The position numbers and the translations under genes were made by a program. From assembly GCA_947459245.1 (NCBI GenBank), contig CANHCV010000001.1:25364-89363 (forward strand): a stretch of DNA of 64,000 nt. The letters run 5' to 3'. The notes under the pieces were generated by a model. That model did not search any database and had not been told where the DNA came from. It saw only the letters and a list, made by a program, of their open reading frames with translations. Positions 1 to 7,961 of the stretch are shown one piece after another (within the stretch, counting starts at the first letter, position 1; every line of letters begins with the position of its first letter). The DNA comes from Bacteroidota bacterium. Lineage in GTDB: Bacteria; Bacteroidota; Bacteroidia; UBA7662; CANHCV01.

Positions 1-234
1 TCCATTGAAATTGTGAAGCAAGCCAGTATAGAAGTTACGGAACAATGGATGGAAACTGCGAATGTTTCATCCAAAGACATCAATAAGGCAATACGAGAAA
101 TTGAAAACCAGGATTTCGGTTTCAACATCGTTTCCATTTTGAAGCAACTTGTTGGCTCAGTTATTTTCGGCGCATTCATTTGCGCTATCATCTCTATTTT
201 TACTCGCAAAAAGCGTCCGATGTTCGACGCCTAA
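1..234 (+). CDS. 3' end of a CDS that starts upstream of the window; hypothetical protein with a C-terminal TM helix
   Basis: Frame-1 ORF is open from window base 1 to TAA at 232-234. C-terminal hydrophobic stretch VGSVIFGAFICAIISIF followed by RKKRP. No recognisable family. Confidence 0.3.
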   Translation, partial: SIEIVKQASIEVTEQWMETANVSSKDINKAIREIENQDFGFNIVSILKQLVGSVIFGAFICAIISIFTRKKRPMFDA

Positions 235-241
235 ATCTATT

Positions 242-1207
242 ATGGACTTATCCATTGTTATTCCCCTATTTAATGAAGATGAATCCCTTCCAGAATTGAT
301 GGAATGGATTGATCGGGTTTGTATTGCAGAATCGCTAACCTACGAAGTGATCATGGTTGATGACGGAAGTTCCGACCGCTCTTGGGAGGTTATTCAGGAA
401 CTTGGTCAACGATTTTCCACCGTTCGCGGCATTCGCTTCCGAAGAAATTACGGTAAATCTGCCGCACTCAATACTGGCTTTCAAGCCGTTGAAGGCGATG
501 TGGTAATTACCATGGATGCCGATTTGCAAGACAGTCCGGATGAAATTCCGATTCTTTACCACCGCATCAAAAATGAGAAATTGGATCTCATTTCCGGTTG
601 GAAAAAGAAGCGTTACGACCCCATTTCCAAAACCATTCCTTCCAAATTCTTCAATTGGGTTACCCAACGCATGAGTGGCATCCACAACTTGCACGATTTC
701 AATTGCGGGTTGAAGGCTTACCGCAAGGAGGTGGTAAAATCCATTGAGGTGTACGGAGAAATGCACCGCTACATTCCGGTTATTGCCAAATGGGCTGGAT
801 TCAAACGCATTGAAGAACAAGTGGTTCAGCACCGCGCCCGGAAATACGGAACCACCAAGTTTGGATTGGATCGTTTCGTGAAAGGTTTTCTCGACTTGCT
901 CTCCATCTTTTTTGTTGGCAAGTTCCGTAATGCGCCCATGCACTTTTTTGGCACATTGGGTTCTTTAACTTTCTTAGTTGGATTTCTAGCTATGTTGGGG
1001 ATTTTGGGACAAAAATTTTACAGCATTTACTTTTCAGATGTTCCAGCGAGGTTGGTAGCCGAAAATCCTTGGTTCTTTATTTCGTTAACGGCCATGATCA
1101 TCGGCACGCAGCTGTTTTTGGCCGGATTCATTGGCGAGTTGGTGAGCCGTTTTGCGGTGAACCGAAACAATTATCAGATTTCCGAGCGGTTGCGCGTAGA
1201 TGAGTAA
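242..1207 (+). CDS. GT2 family glycosyltransferase, polyprenyl-phosphate sugar transferase type (DPM1/ArnC/GtrB-like) with C-terminal TM helices
   Basis: Internal ATG at 242 (MDLSIVIPLFNE...). DxD-type GT-A motifs (VIMVDDGSSD, TMDADLQD). Hydrophobic C-terminal segments typical of this family. Confidence 0.8.
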   Translation: MDLSIVIPLFNEDESLPELMEWIDRVCIAESLTYEVIMVDDGSSDRSWEVIQELGQRFSTVRGIRFRRNYGKSAALNTGFQAVEGDVVITMDADLQDSPDEIPILYHRIKNEKLDLISGWKKKRYDPISKTIPSKFFNWVTQRMSGIHNLHDFNCGLKAYRKEVVKSIEVYGEMHRYIPVIAKWAGFKRIEEQVVQHRARKYGTTKFGLDRFVKGFLDLLSIFFVGKFRNAPMHFFGTLGSLTFLVGFLAMLGILGQKFYSIYFSDVPARLVAENPWFFISLTAMIIGTQLFLAGFIGELVSRFAVNRNNYQISERLRVDE

Positions 1208-2324
1208 AGTGATGATCGTTGGTCCCGCCTACCCGCTTCGGGGAGGTTTAGCTACCTTCAATGAACGGTTGGCAAGGGCGTTTTTGGAATCGGGCAACGA
1301 TTGCGAGCTGATCAGTTTTTCGCTTCAATATCCCAAGGTGTTGTTTCCAGGTAAAACCCAGTTTTCCGATGAAGCCCCACCCGACGATATTTTCATTCAT
1401 ACCAGCATCAATTCGGTGGGGCCTTTGAGTTGGTTCAAAACCGCCAAATACATTGCAAAACGCAAACCTGATTTGGTGGTTTTCAGGTATTGGATGCCCT
1501 TCATGGCGCCTGCACTTGGAACCATTGCCAGAATAGTTCGAAAAAAAAGCAAGAAAACCAAGTTGGTTGCGATAACGGACAACATCATCCCCCACGAAAA
1601 ATTTCCGTTTTCCAAACCGCTGAATTCGTACTTCTTGAAGTCGTTTCACGCCTTCATCACCATGTCGGAAACCGTGATGGCCGACTTAAAAACCTTCATT
1701 CCGAATCCAAGAGCACAACTGTGTTTGCATCCTTTGTACGATAATTTTGGTTCATTGGTACCAAAACCGCAAGCCATTGAGAAACTTCAATTGAATCCCA
1801 ACCATCAATACGTTCTTTTTTTCGGATTCATCCGCAAATACAAAGGATTGGATTTGTTGTTGGAGGCTTTTGCCGACCCACGTTTCCGAAACCGATCCAT
1901 TCGTTTGCTCATTGCTGGGGAGTTTTACGACAGTCCGGAACATTACAATTCCCTCATTGAACAACATCAATTGGAAGATTTAATTGTTCGCCGACATGAA
2001 TTCATTCCCAACTCGGAGGTAGCCGATTACTTTTCTGCCTCTGATCTGATCGCTTTAACCTACCATTCCGCCACCCAAAGTGGAGTAACGCAGGTGGCGT
2101 ATCATTTCGAAAAACCGATGTTGGCCACGAATGTTGGAGGGTTGGAAGAAACAGTACCTCACGGAAAAGTAGGGTACTGCGTAGAGAAAACACCCATCGC
2201 CATTGCCGATTCTATTTTGGATTTCTTTGATAACCAACGGGAAAACGAATTCTTGGAAGGCATTCAGGAAGAAAAGAAAAAGTACTCTTGGGAAAATTTG
2301 GTGACGGCCCTTCAAAAAATTTGA
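1200..2324 (+). CDS. GT4 (group 1) glycosyltransferase
   Basis: N-terminus MIVGPAYPLRGGLATF and C-terminal EX7E-like region (ATNVGGLEETV) typical of GT-B retaining GT4 enzymes. 4-bp overlap with the upstream GT2 gene. Confidence 0.75.
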   Translation: MSKVMIVGPAYPLRGGLATFNERLARAFLESGNDCELISFSLQYPKVLFPGKTQFSDEAPPDDIFIHTSINSVGPLSWFKTAKYIAKRKPDLVVFRYWMPFMAPALGTIARIVRKKSKKTKLVAITDNIIPHEKFPFSKPLNSYFLKSFHAFITMSETVMADLKTFIPNPRAQLCLHPLYDNFGSLVPKPQAIEKLQLNPNHQYVLFFGFIRKYKGLDLLLEAFADPRFRNRSIRLLIAGEFYDSPEHYNSLIEQHQLEDLIVRRHEFIPNSEVADYFSASDLIALTYHSATQSGVTQVAYHFEKPMLATNVGGLEETVPHGKVGYCVEKTPIAIADSILDFFDNQRENEFLEGIQEEKKKYSWENLVTALQKI

Positions 2325-2331
2325 TTTTTTT

Positions 2332-2362
2332 CTTGCAAGGGAATGATTTTTCCTTACCTTTG
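2332..2362 (+). promoter_or_regulatory. Bacteroidota-type sigmaA promoter (-33 TTG / -7 TACCTTTG) driving tRNA-fMet
   Basis: TTG at 2332-2334, then a 20-nt spacer, then TACCTTTG at 2355-2362, about 15 nt upstream of the tRNA 5' end. Matches the established TTG...TAnnTTTG consensus of Bacteroidetes. Confidence 0.5.
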
Positions 2363-2376
2363 CAATCCCAAAGCAT

Positions 2377-2449
2377 TGCGGGGTGGAGCAGTTGGTAGCT
2401 CGCTGGGCTCATAACCCAGAGGTCATAGGTTCGAGTCCTGTCCCCGCTA
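2377..2449 (+). tRNA. initiator tRNA-fMet (anticodon CAT)
   Basis: Near-identical to the E. coli tRNAfMet 5' half (xGCGGGGTGGAGCAG...GGGCTCATAACCC). Three consecutive G:C pairs in the anticodon stem and a mismatched 1:72 pair are initiator hallmarks. TPsiC-loop GGTTCGAGTCC. CCA is not encoded. Confidence 0.85.
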
Positions 2450-2455
2450 CGAAGA

Positions 2456-2482
2456 AAAGCCAGTCGAAAGACTGGCTTTTTA
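2456..2482 (+). terminator. Rho-independent terminator after the tRNA
   Basis: AAAGCCAGTC-GAAA-GACTGGCTTT hairpin followed by a T-run. Confidence 0.7.
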
Positions 2483-2520
2483 CATTTCCAGGAGTGCTGA
2501 AAGTTTACTTTCAAGAACGG

Positions 2521-2546
2521 ATGGAAATGGGATCAAGTATAATTGT
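2521..2546. repeat. Imperfect direct repeat copy 1 (ATGGGATCAAGTATAATTGTTGGGGA)
   Basis: About 24/26 identical to the copy at 2727-2752, which encodes the first residues of the transposase fragment. Suggests duplicated or decayed IS sequence. Confidence 0.5.
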
Positions 2547-2552
2547 TGGGGA

Positions 2553-2762
2553 CTAGGCATAAATTTTAGTTAATCGGTAAAGAAAAAATTCAACGTTTTT
2601 CACTCCTCTGAACTGGGTTCGGAATGCTTTAATTTTTGCGTTAAACGATTCTGCAGATGCGTTTGTTGATCGGTTATCAAAGTAGTTTAAAATGGTTGTG
2701 TAGTGATTCAATATGGTTCGAGAGATGGTATGGATCAAGTACAATTGTTGGGGAATCTCCAT
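2553..2762 (-). pseudogene. Truncated transposase remnant (C-terminal 69 aa only; ISL3-like by motif)
   Basis: STNASAESFNAKIKAFRTQFRGVKNVEFFLYRL resembles the conserved transposase C-terminal motif TNgxxEgxNnKIKxxKRxxxGxxNxxxFxxRI. No DDE domain or N-terminal part present. Flanked by imperfect direct repeats. Confidence 0.5.
2727..2752. repeat. Direct repeat copy 2 (ATGGATCAAGTACAATTGTTGGGGA)
   Basis: See copy 1. Confidence 0.5.
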
Positions 2763-3036
2763 TTCAAAATCCTATTTAATAAAATTCTATCGGTTAAAAA
2801 AAAGAAAAAAAACACTCGTTCCCCAGGGGGCCGCCACGTATTTTATCCCGAAATGATTCGGGACCTCCCCATAGCACAAAGCTAAAATTTATCCACCACA
2901 TTGTCAATGAATTAAACGTTTATAAACGTTTCCCATTTCCTGGAAGGAATAAAAACAACAACTTCACCAATGGCTAAATTTTTCCATTTAGGCCCTCCGA
3001 GCGTAGCGAGGAAATCGGGTTCAGAAGTCCTAAAAT

Positions 3037-3951
3037 TCACATCCAGCTGAAATGCTTTTGAATGATCTCCTCTTTGCCTTGTTCCAAGTATTCCTTGAAC
3101 GCCAATCCCGTTGGATTTAGGGCCTTTCCTTTCATCCAAATTAAACTCCATTCGGTTTCAATGGGCAACCCTTTGCAAGGAATAACCTTTACCAATTTCT
3201 GGTCTAACTCACTTTTTATTCCAATCATTGGCATAATGGAAATTCCAAGATTAGCCAAAATTGCCTGCTTAACGGCCTCATTGGAGGTTAATACCAACGG
3301 TTTCTTCAGCAGAATTTCGTTTCGTTGAAAAAATCTTTCCATGGTCTCTCGGGTTCCCGATCCTTTCTCTCTCAAAATAACCGGTAACTTCGAAAAATCA
3401 TTCGGGAATACCCCGTTCAAAGGAAGTTCAAAGTTTTCATTGGCCACCAACACCAATTTGTTCTTCAAAAGCGGGATCGATTCCACTTTCAGTTTGGCGG
3501 GCAACAAAGAAACCAACGCAAAATCGGCTTCATTCGATTCCAAAGCGTCAACAACTTTGGCTTTGTTCGTTACGTCTAAAACCAATTCTACCGATGGGTG
3601 CCGATCGAGAAAATCCTTTAAAAAAAAGGGGATCACGTACTTTCCCGTTGAAACCACAGAAATCCTTAACTTGCTGGCCAAGTGCCCCTTGTATCTACTC
3701 GAAATGTAATTGATGGCCTCCACCTGCCGAATGATTTCCTCGGCTGAAGCCGCAATTTCTCGTCCAAATTCGGTGATGAAGATTTGTTTCCCCAACGTTT
3801 CATACAAATTCAAATCGAACTGATTTTGCAAATTCCTCAATTGAATGGAAATAGCGGGCTGCGATAAATTCAAAACCTGTGCCGTTTTGGTTATGCTGCC
3901 AGTTTCAACCAAACACTTGAAAATTTGAAGCTGATGAAGGGTGTACTTCAT
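3037..3951 (-). CDS. LysR-family transcriptional regulator
   Basis: N-terminal HTH (LHQLQIFKCLVETGSITKTAQVLNLSQPAISIQLRNLQ) plus a LysR substrate-binding domain. Divergent from the dehydrogenase gene. Confidence 0.85.
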   Translation of the reverse strand: MKYTLHQLQIFKCLVETGSITKTAQVLNLSQPAISIQLRNLQNQFDLNLYETLGKQIFITEFGREIAASAEEIIRQVEAINYISSRYKGHLASKLRISVVSTGKYVIPFFLKDFLDRHPSVELVLDVTNKAKVVDALESNEADFALVSLLPAKLKVESIPLLKNKLVLVANENFELPLNGVFPNDFSKLPVILREKGSGTRETMERFFQRNEILLKKPLVLTSNEAVKQAILANLGISIMPMIGIKSELDQKLVKVIPCKGLPIETEWSLIWMKGKALNPTGLAFKEYLEQGKEEIIQKHFSWM

Positions 3952-4038
3952 AAATTTTTTTTATGCTTTTGATTGCAAATATAAATGAAATGAAATGAAC
4001 AAAACTTCGGAAATTTGCAGCATCAAACTTTAAAAATC

Positions 4039-5475
4039 ATGACACGCATTACCGTTGCAAAAGGAGATGGAATTGGTCCAGAAATTATGGATGCCACCCT
4101 CAACATTCTCAAAGCTGCTGGAGCTCAAATTGAAGTAGACGAAATTCAAGTTGGAGAGAAAGTTTACCTTTCTGGCAATACTTCGGGTATTTCGGATGAA
4201 TCTTGGGATATCATTCGCAAAAACAAGGTGTTTTTGAAAGCGCCCATCACCACTCCACAAGGCGGTGGATATAAGAGCTTGAACGTTACTACCCGTAAAT
4301 TCTTGGGTTTGTATTCCAATGTTCGTCCTTGCTTGAGCCTACATCCTTTTGTAAACACCAAACATCCGATCATGGATGTGGTGATCATTCGTGAAAATGA
4401 AGAAGATTTGTACGCAGGCATTGAACACCAACAAACCGACGAGGTGATTCAATGTTTGAAATTGATTAGCCGCCCAGGTTGCGAAAAAATTGTTCGCTAT
4501 GCGTTTGAATATGCTCGCGTTCAAAACCGTAAAAAAGTAACGTGTTTCACCAAAGACAACATCATGAAACAAACCGATGGTTTGTTCCACCAAGTGTTCG
4601 ATGAAATTGCCAAAGAATATCCAGAAATTGAAAACGAACACTGGATCATCGATATCGGTGCTGCAAAATTGGCCGATACTCCAGAGATTTTTGATGTGAT
4701 TGTTATGCCGAACCTTTATGGAGATGTTCTTTCCGACGTTGCTGCCCAAATTGCAGGATCGGTAGGATTAGCAGGATCGGCTAATATCGGTGAAGAGTGC
4801 GCCATGTTCGAAGCTATTCACGGTTCTGCACCTCGACGCGCTGGTCAAAACTTGGCCAACCCATCGGGTTTATTGCAAGGTGCCATCATGATGTTAAGCC
4901 ACTTAGGCCAAAATGATATCGCTGAAAACATTCAAAATGCTTGGTTAAAAACCATTGAAGATGGAATTCACACGTATGATATTTTCAAGGATGGAGTAAG
5001 TAAAGAAAAAGTTGGAACCAAAGAATTTGCAGAAGCGGTGATCGCAAATTTGGGAGGAAAACCTCAAATTTTAAAAGGCGTTAGCTATTCCAAAGACCAA
5101 AAAATGATTCTTCCAACGTACCATCGCAAGCCGGCCCAAAAGAAAGATTTGGAAGGAGTTGATTTGTTCATCCACTGGAGCGGAACCGATCCAAACCAAT
5201 TGGCAGAAATCATGAAACATATCCAACACCCTAGCATTTCTTTATCCATGATTACCAATCGTGGAATTAAAGTATGGCCGAATGGATTCAAAGAAACCTT
5301 CTGTACCGACCACTGGCGTTGCCGTTTCAAGCCATCTGAAGGGAATGGAATCAGCAAGTTAGACATCATTGATTTATTGAATCAAGCTGATAACCATGGA
5401 ATTGATGTGGTAAAAACCGAGAATTTGTATTCTTTCAACGGTGTACGTTCCTATTCATTAGGGCAAGGCCAATAA
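4039..5475 (+). CDS. Isocitrate/isopropylmalate-dehydrogenase family enzyme, NAD-IDH-like, with a ~140-aa C-terminal extension
   Basis: ATG at 4039 (MTRITVAKGDGIGPEI). IDH family signatures include SLNVTTRKFLGLYSNVRP and DIGAAKLA. The catalytic core ends near residue ~340, then an extra ~140 aa with no obvious family. Confidence 0.8.
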   Translation: MTRITVAKGDGIGPEIMDATLNILKAAGAQIEVDEIQVGEKVYLSGNTSGISDESWDIIRKNKVFLKAPITTPQGGGYKSLNVTTRKFLGLYSNVRPCLSLHPFVNTKHPIMDVVIIRENEEDLYAGIEHQQTDEVIQCLKLISRPGCEKIVRYAFEYARVQNRKKVTCFTKDNIMKQTDGLFHQVFDEIAKEYPEIENEHWIIDIGAAKLADTPEIFDVIVMPNLYGDVLSDVAAQIAGSVGLAGSANIGEECAMFEAIHGSAPRRAGQNLANPSGLLQGAIMMLSHLGQNDIAENIQNAWLKTIEDGIHTYDIFKDGVSKEKVGTKEFAEAVIANLGGKPQILKGVSYSKDQKMILPTYHRKPAQKKDLEGVDLFIHWSGTDPNQLAEIMKHIQHPSISLSMITNRGIKVWPNGFKETFCTDHWRCRFKPSEGNGISKLDIIDLLNQADNHGIDVVKTENLYSFNGVRSYSLGQGQ

Positions 5476-5504
5476 GATCCATTAAGAACAACATGCCCAC
5501 TTTG

Positions 5505-5555
5505 TGCTTCCTCGAAAAAAGGATGCCGGGGTGGGCATTTTTGTATCCATAATCA
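5505..5555 (+). terminator. Terminator-like hairpin after the dehydrogenase gene
   Basis: ATGCCCAC...GTGGGCAT inverted repeat followed by TTTTTGT. Large loop, so moderate confidence. Confidence 0.4.
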
Positions 5556-5561
5556 ACCAAA

Positions 5562-6410
5562 ATGAAACGGTTTCCAACCTGGAAAAACTGGCAAAACACA
5601 CCTTGGACCTTGGTTTCTAAACATCAGAAAGACCTTGCCATTTTTCCAATTTTACACCAAAACAACATCTTGGAAACCTTGGTTATTGAAGCAGATACCG
5701 ATGGGCTTGGAACTTTTTCCGGAGAAATTCCCAGAAATCTGACAGTAACGGAAACGTTGGAAGAAAAATGCAAGCTGGGCTTTTCAAATTCCTATCATTC
5801 CCTGTTTATCGCAACGGAAGGGAGTTTCGGACCTCACCCGTTGTTTCCGTGGGTTCCCCAACATCAGGAATCGTTTATTCTTCTGGATCGGGCTTCAAGT
5901 TCAAAATTCTATTTTCATTATTCTTCCCAACACACCAATTTCCAGGTTGAATCCATAGAAACCGAACAACAATTGGTTGAATTTTGCCACCGGATTAAAT
6001 TCCCAAGCCATGGCATTATTCTCAAAAAAACCGTTGACGAAGAAGTGGAAATTTTCAAGGATATTTTTGATTGGAAAACCCTCGTTTCCGTTTACAGAAC
6101 TTTAGGAAACAATGTTATGGTTGAAAGCGATATGCGAGCGATGAACAATCCTACCCGAATGGCGAATATTCGAATTGGATTTTCCAATTTTCTAAAACAT
6201 CTCCAATCGGAATGTCCGAAGTGCCACTACCCTGGCTTCTCCCAGAGAAAGGTTGAACGAGGCCTTCCTTGCGAGTGGTGCAACTCCCCTACTGAATCTA
6301 TCCTTTGTTCCATTCTTGTTTGTGATTTTTGCCAACATGAAGTCGTTAACCGAAATCCTAATGGAAAAATCAAAGAGGATCCCATGTATTGTTCAAATTG
6401 TAACCCATGA
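5562..6410 (+). CDS. Hypothetical cytoplasmic protein with a C-terminal double zinc ribbon (4x CxxC)
   Basis: C-terminus CPKCH...CEWC...CDFC...CSNC. No other recognisable family. Its stop overlaps the start of the downstream SbtA-family permease (ATGA), implying translational coupling. Confidence 0.6.
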   Translation: MKRFPTWKNWQNTPWTLVSKHQKDLAIFPILHQNNILETLVIEADTDGLGTFSGEIPRNLTVTETLEEKCKLGFSNSYHSLFIATEGSFGPHPLFPWVPQHQESFILLDRASSSKFYFHYSSQHTNFQVESIETEQQLVEFCHRIKFPSHGIILKKTVDEEVEIFKDIFDWKTLVSVYRTLGNNVMVESDMRAMNNPTRMANIRIGFSNFLKHLQSECPKCHYPGFSQRKVERGLPCEWCNSPTESILCSILVCDFCQHEVVNRNPNGKIKEDPMYCSNCNP

Positions 6411-7375
6411 ATACTGATTTTCTTTTGCAAAACCTTACCAATCCAGCGCTTCTTTTTTTTGCATTGGGCCTGTTTGCGGTATGGGTAAAAAGCGATCTAG
6501 CTATACCGAAAAACTCTTCTAAATTTATTTCCCTGTATTTGTTGTTCTCCATCGGATTCAAAGGAGGGCAGGAATTATCGCACGAAGTTTTAGATGCTCA
6601 GGTATTCTACAGCATTCTTTTCGGGGTTTTTCTATCGATGATCATTCCCGCATACACCTTTTTTATTTTGAAGCGCAAACTCAGTATTGCTGATTCAGGA
6701 GCTATTGCGGCGGCGTACGGTTCGGTGAGTGCCGTAACTTTTGTTACAGCCGTGGCATTTTTAGAAACCCAACAGCTTGAACTAAACGGAAGAATGGTTG
6801 CCATTATGGCCTTAATGGAGTCGCCCGCCATCATGGTTGGGATTATTTTAATTTCCATCTACGACCAAAAAGAATTGGAAACGGGAAGCAAGTGGGGAGT
6901 GATTAAACATTCGTTGGTAAATGGAAGCGTTTTGCTCATCATCGGAAGTTTGGTTATTGGTTACTTGGCTGATGCGAAGCAAGCAGAAGGAATCAAGCCA
7001 TTTACCAATGATTTATTCAAAGGTTTTTTAGCAATTTTCTTGTTAGATATGGGAATCAGTAGCGGGCGAAAAATCAAATCTTTCTTTGAATTTGGGTGGT
7101 TCCCCATCGCTTTCGCCGCATTGATCCCAATCATCAACGGTTGTGCGGTCGCCATTCTGAGTGGATTTATTACCTCAGACGTAAGCGACCGATTTATTTT
7201 TTCGGTTTTAGCCGCAAGTGCATCGTACATCGCGGTACCGGCAGCCATGAAAATTAATGTTCCAAAATCTAATCCTGGAATTTACTTGCCCATGGCATTA
7301 ACGGTAACGTTCCCGATTAATATTACCGTAGGCTTACCGCTTTATTTCGCTTGCTGTAACCTATCAATACTCTAA
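6407..7375 (+). CDS. SbtA/DUF897-family permease (sodium-dependent bicarbonate transporter family), short form
   Basis: N-terminus MNTDFLLQNLTNPALLFFALGLFAV...IPKNSSKFISLYLLFSIGFKGG and C-terminus SASYIAVPAAMKINVPKSNPGIY...PLYF align in pattern with cyanobacterial SbtA N- and C-terminal repeats. Multi-TM. Lacks the long cytoplasmic loop. Confidence 0.7.
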   Translation: MNTDFLLQNLTNPALLFFALGLFAVWVKSDLAIPKNSSKFISLYLLFSIGFKGGQELSHEVLDAQVFYSILFGVFLSMIIPAYTFFILKRKLSIADSGAIAAAYGSVSAVTFVTAVAFLETQQLELNGRMVAIMALMESPAIMVGIILISIYDQKELETGSKWGVIKHSLVNGSVLLIIGSLVIGYLADAKQAEGIKPFTNDLFKGFLAIFLLDMGISSGRKIKSFFEFGWFPIAFAALIPIINGCAVAILSGFITSDVSDRFIFSVLAASASYIAVPAAMKINVPKSNPGIYLPMALTVTFPINITVGLPLYFACCNLSIL

Positions 7376-7377
7376 TA

Positions 7378-7404
7378 AAAAAGGGGCAATAAAGCCCCTT
7401 TATA
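7378..7404. terminator. Bidirectional Rho-independent terminator
   Basis: AAAGGGGC-AATAAA-GCCCCTTT with A-run on one side and T-run on the other. Sits between a + gene and a convergent - gene. Confidence 0.7.
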
Positions 7405-7425
7405 AATCTAGAAATGATTCCTCGA

Positions 7426-7866
7426 TTATAGGAAGCTCAACGCACGATCACGAACTTTCTCGAAATCTTTCTTGTTGATGTGCCCTAGTTGCAACAATTC
7501 ATCGAAACCTAAGATGGCCTCAGCAATCAGATGCATGTTTTTCAAATCGTTTCCGGCATTTGAAGAACCTTCACTTACGTTTGAATACATTTGACGTCCG
7601 CGACGAACAAACGAAATTTGGTACTGATCGAATTTACGACCTTCCGCGTTCTCATCAAAAACCAACGACTTTGCATCGGCTTTGTAACCGGCTTCCTGCC
7701 ATGCAGAAGATTGTCCGCTGCGGGTGTTGGACCACCAATTTTTGAACTTTCCGGCGGATGAAGGCAATGGGAAACCCAATACCTGTCCCATTTCAGCAAA
7801 AGTCATGGTAACAATGGGCGTACCAGCCTCTTCCAAATGGAATTTTAAATTTGAATACTTTTTCAT
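7426..7866 (-). CDS. Hypothetical protein (146 aa), isolated single-gene unit
   Basis: Conserved-looking N-terminal motif MTFAEMGQVLGFPLPSSAGKFKNWWSN. No family assigned. Bracketed by terminators and promoter-like sequences on both sides. Confidence 0.5.
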   Translation of the reverse strand: MKKYSNLKFHLEEAGTPIVTMTFAEMGQVLGFPLPSSAGKFKNWWSNTRSGQSSAWQEAGYKADAKSLVFDENAEGRKFDQYQISFVRRGRQMYSNVSEGSSNAGNDLKNMHLIAEAILGFDELLQLGHINKKDFEKVRDRALSFL

Positions 7867-7961
7867 AATGCATCGATTTAGGTTGTAAATTTACGTAAAC
7901 TTAAGAATATAAAAAAACAAGTTTGTCAAAACATGACAATTTTTTTAAAAATCTAAAGAAA

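Noticed and set aside
335-943. 202-aa minus-strand ORF inside the GT2 gene
   Set aside because: It is antisense to a well-supported glycosyltransferase CDS and has no recognisable motifs.
2377-2449. Possibility that the CAT-anticodon tRNA is elongator Met or tRNA-Ile2 (lysidine)
   Set aside because: Three consecutive G:C pairs in the anticodon stem, an unpaired 1:72 position, and near-identity of the 5' half to E. coli tRNAfMet all argue for the initiator.
2795-2815. A/G-rich homopolymeric tract (GGTTAAAAAAAAGAAAAAAAACACTCG) as a possible phase-variation site
   Set aside because: It lies in non-coding IS-remnant DNA with no downstream gene start that it could modulate.
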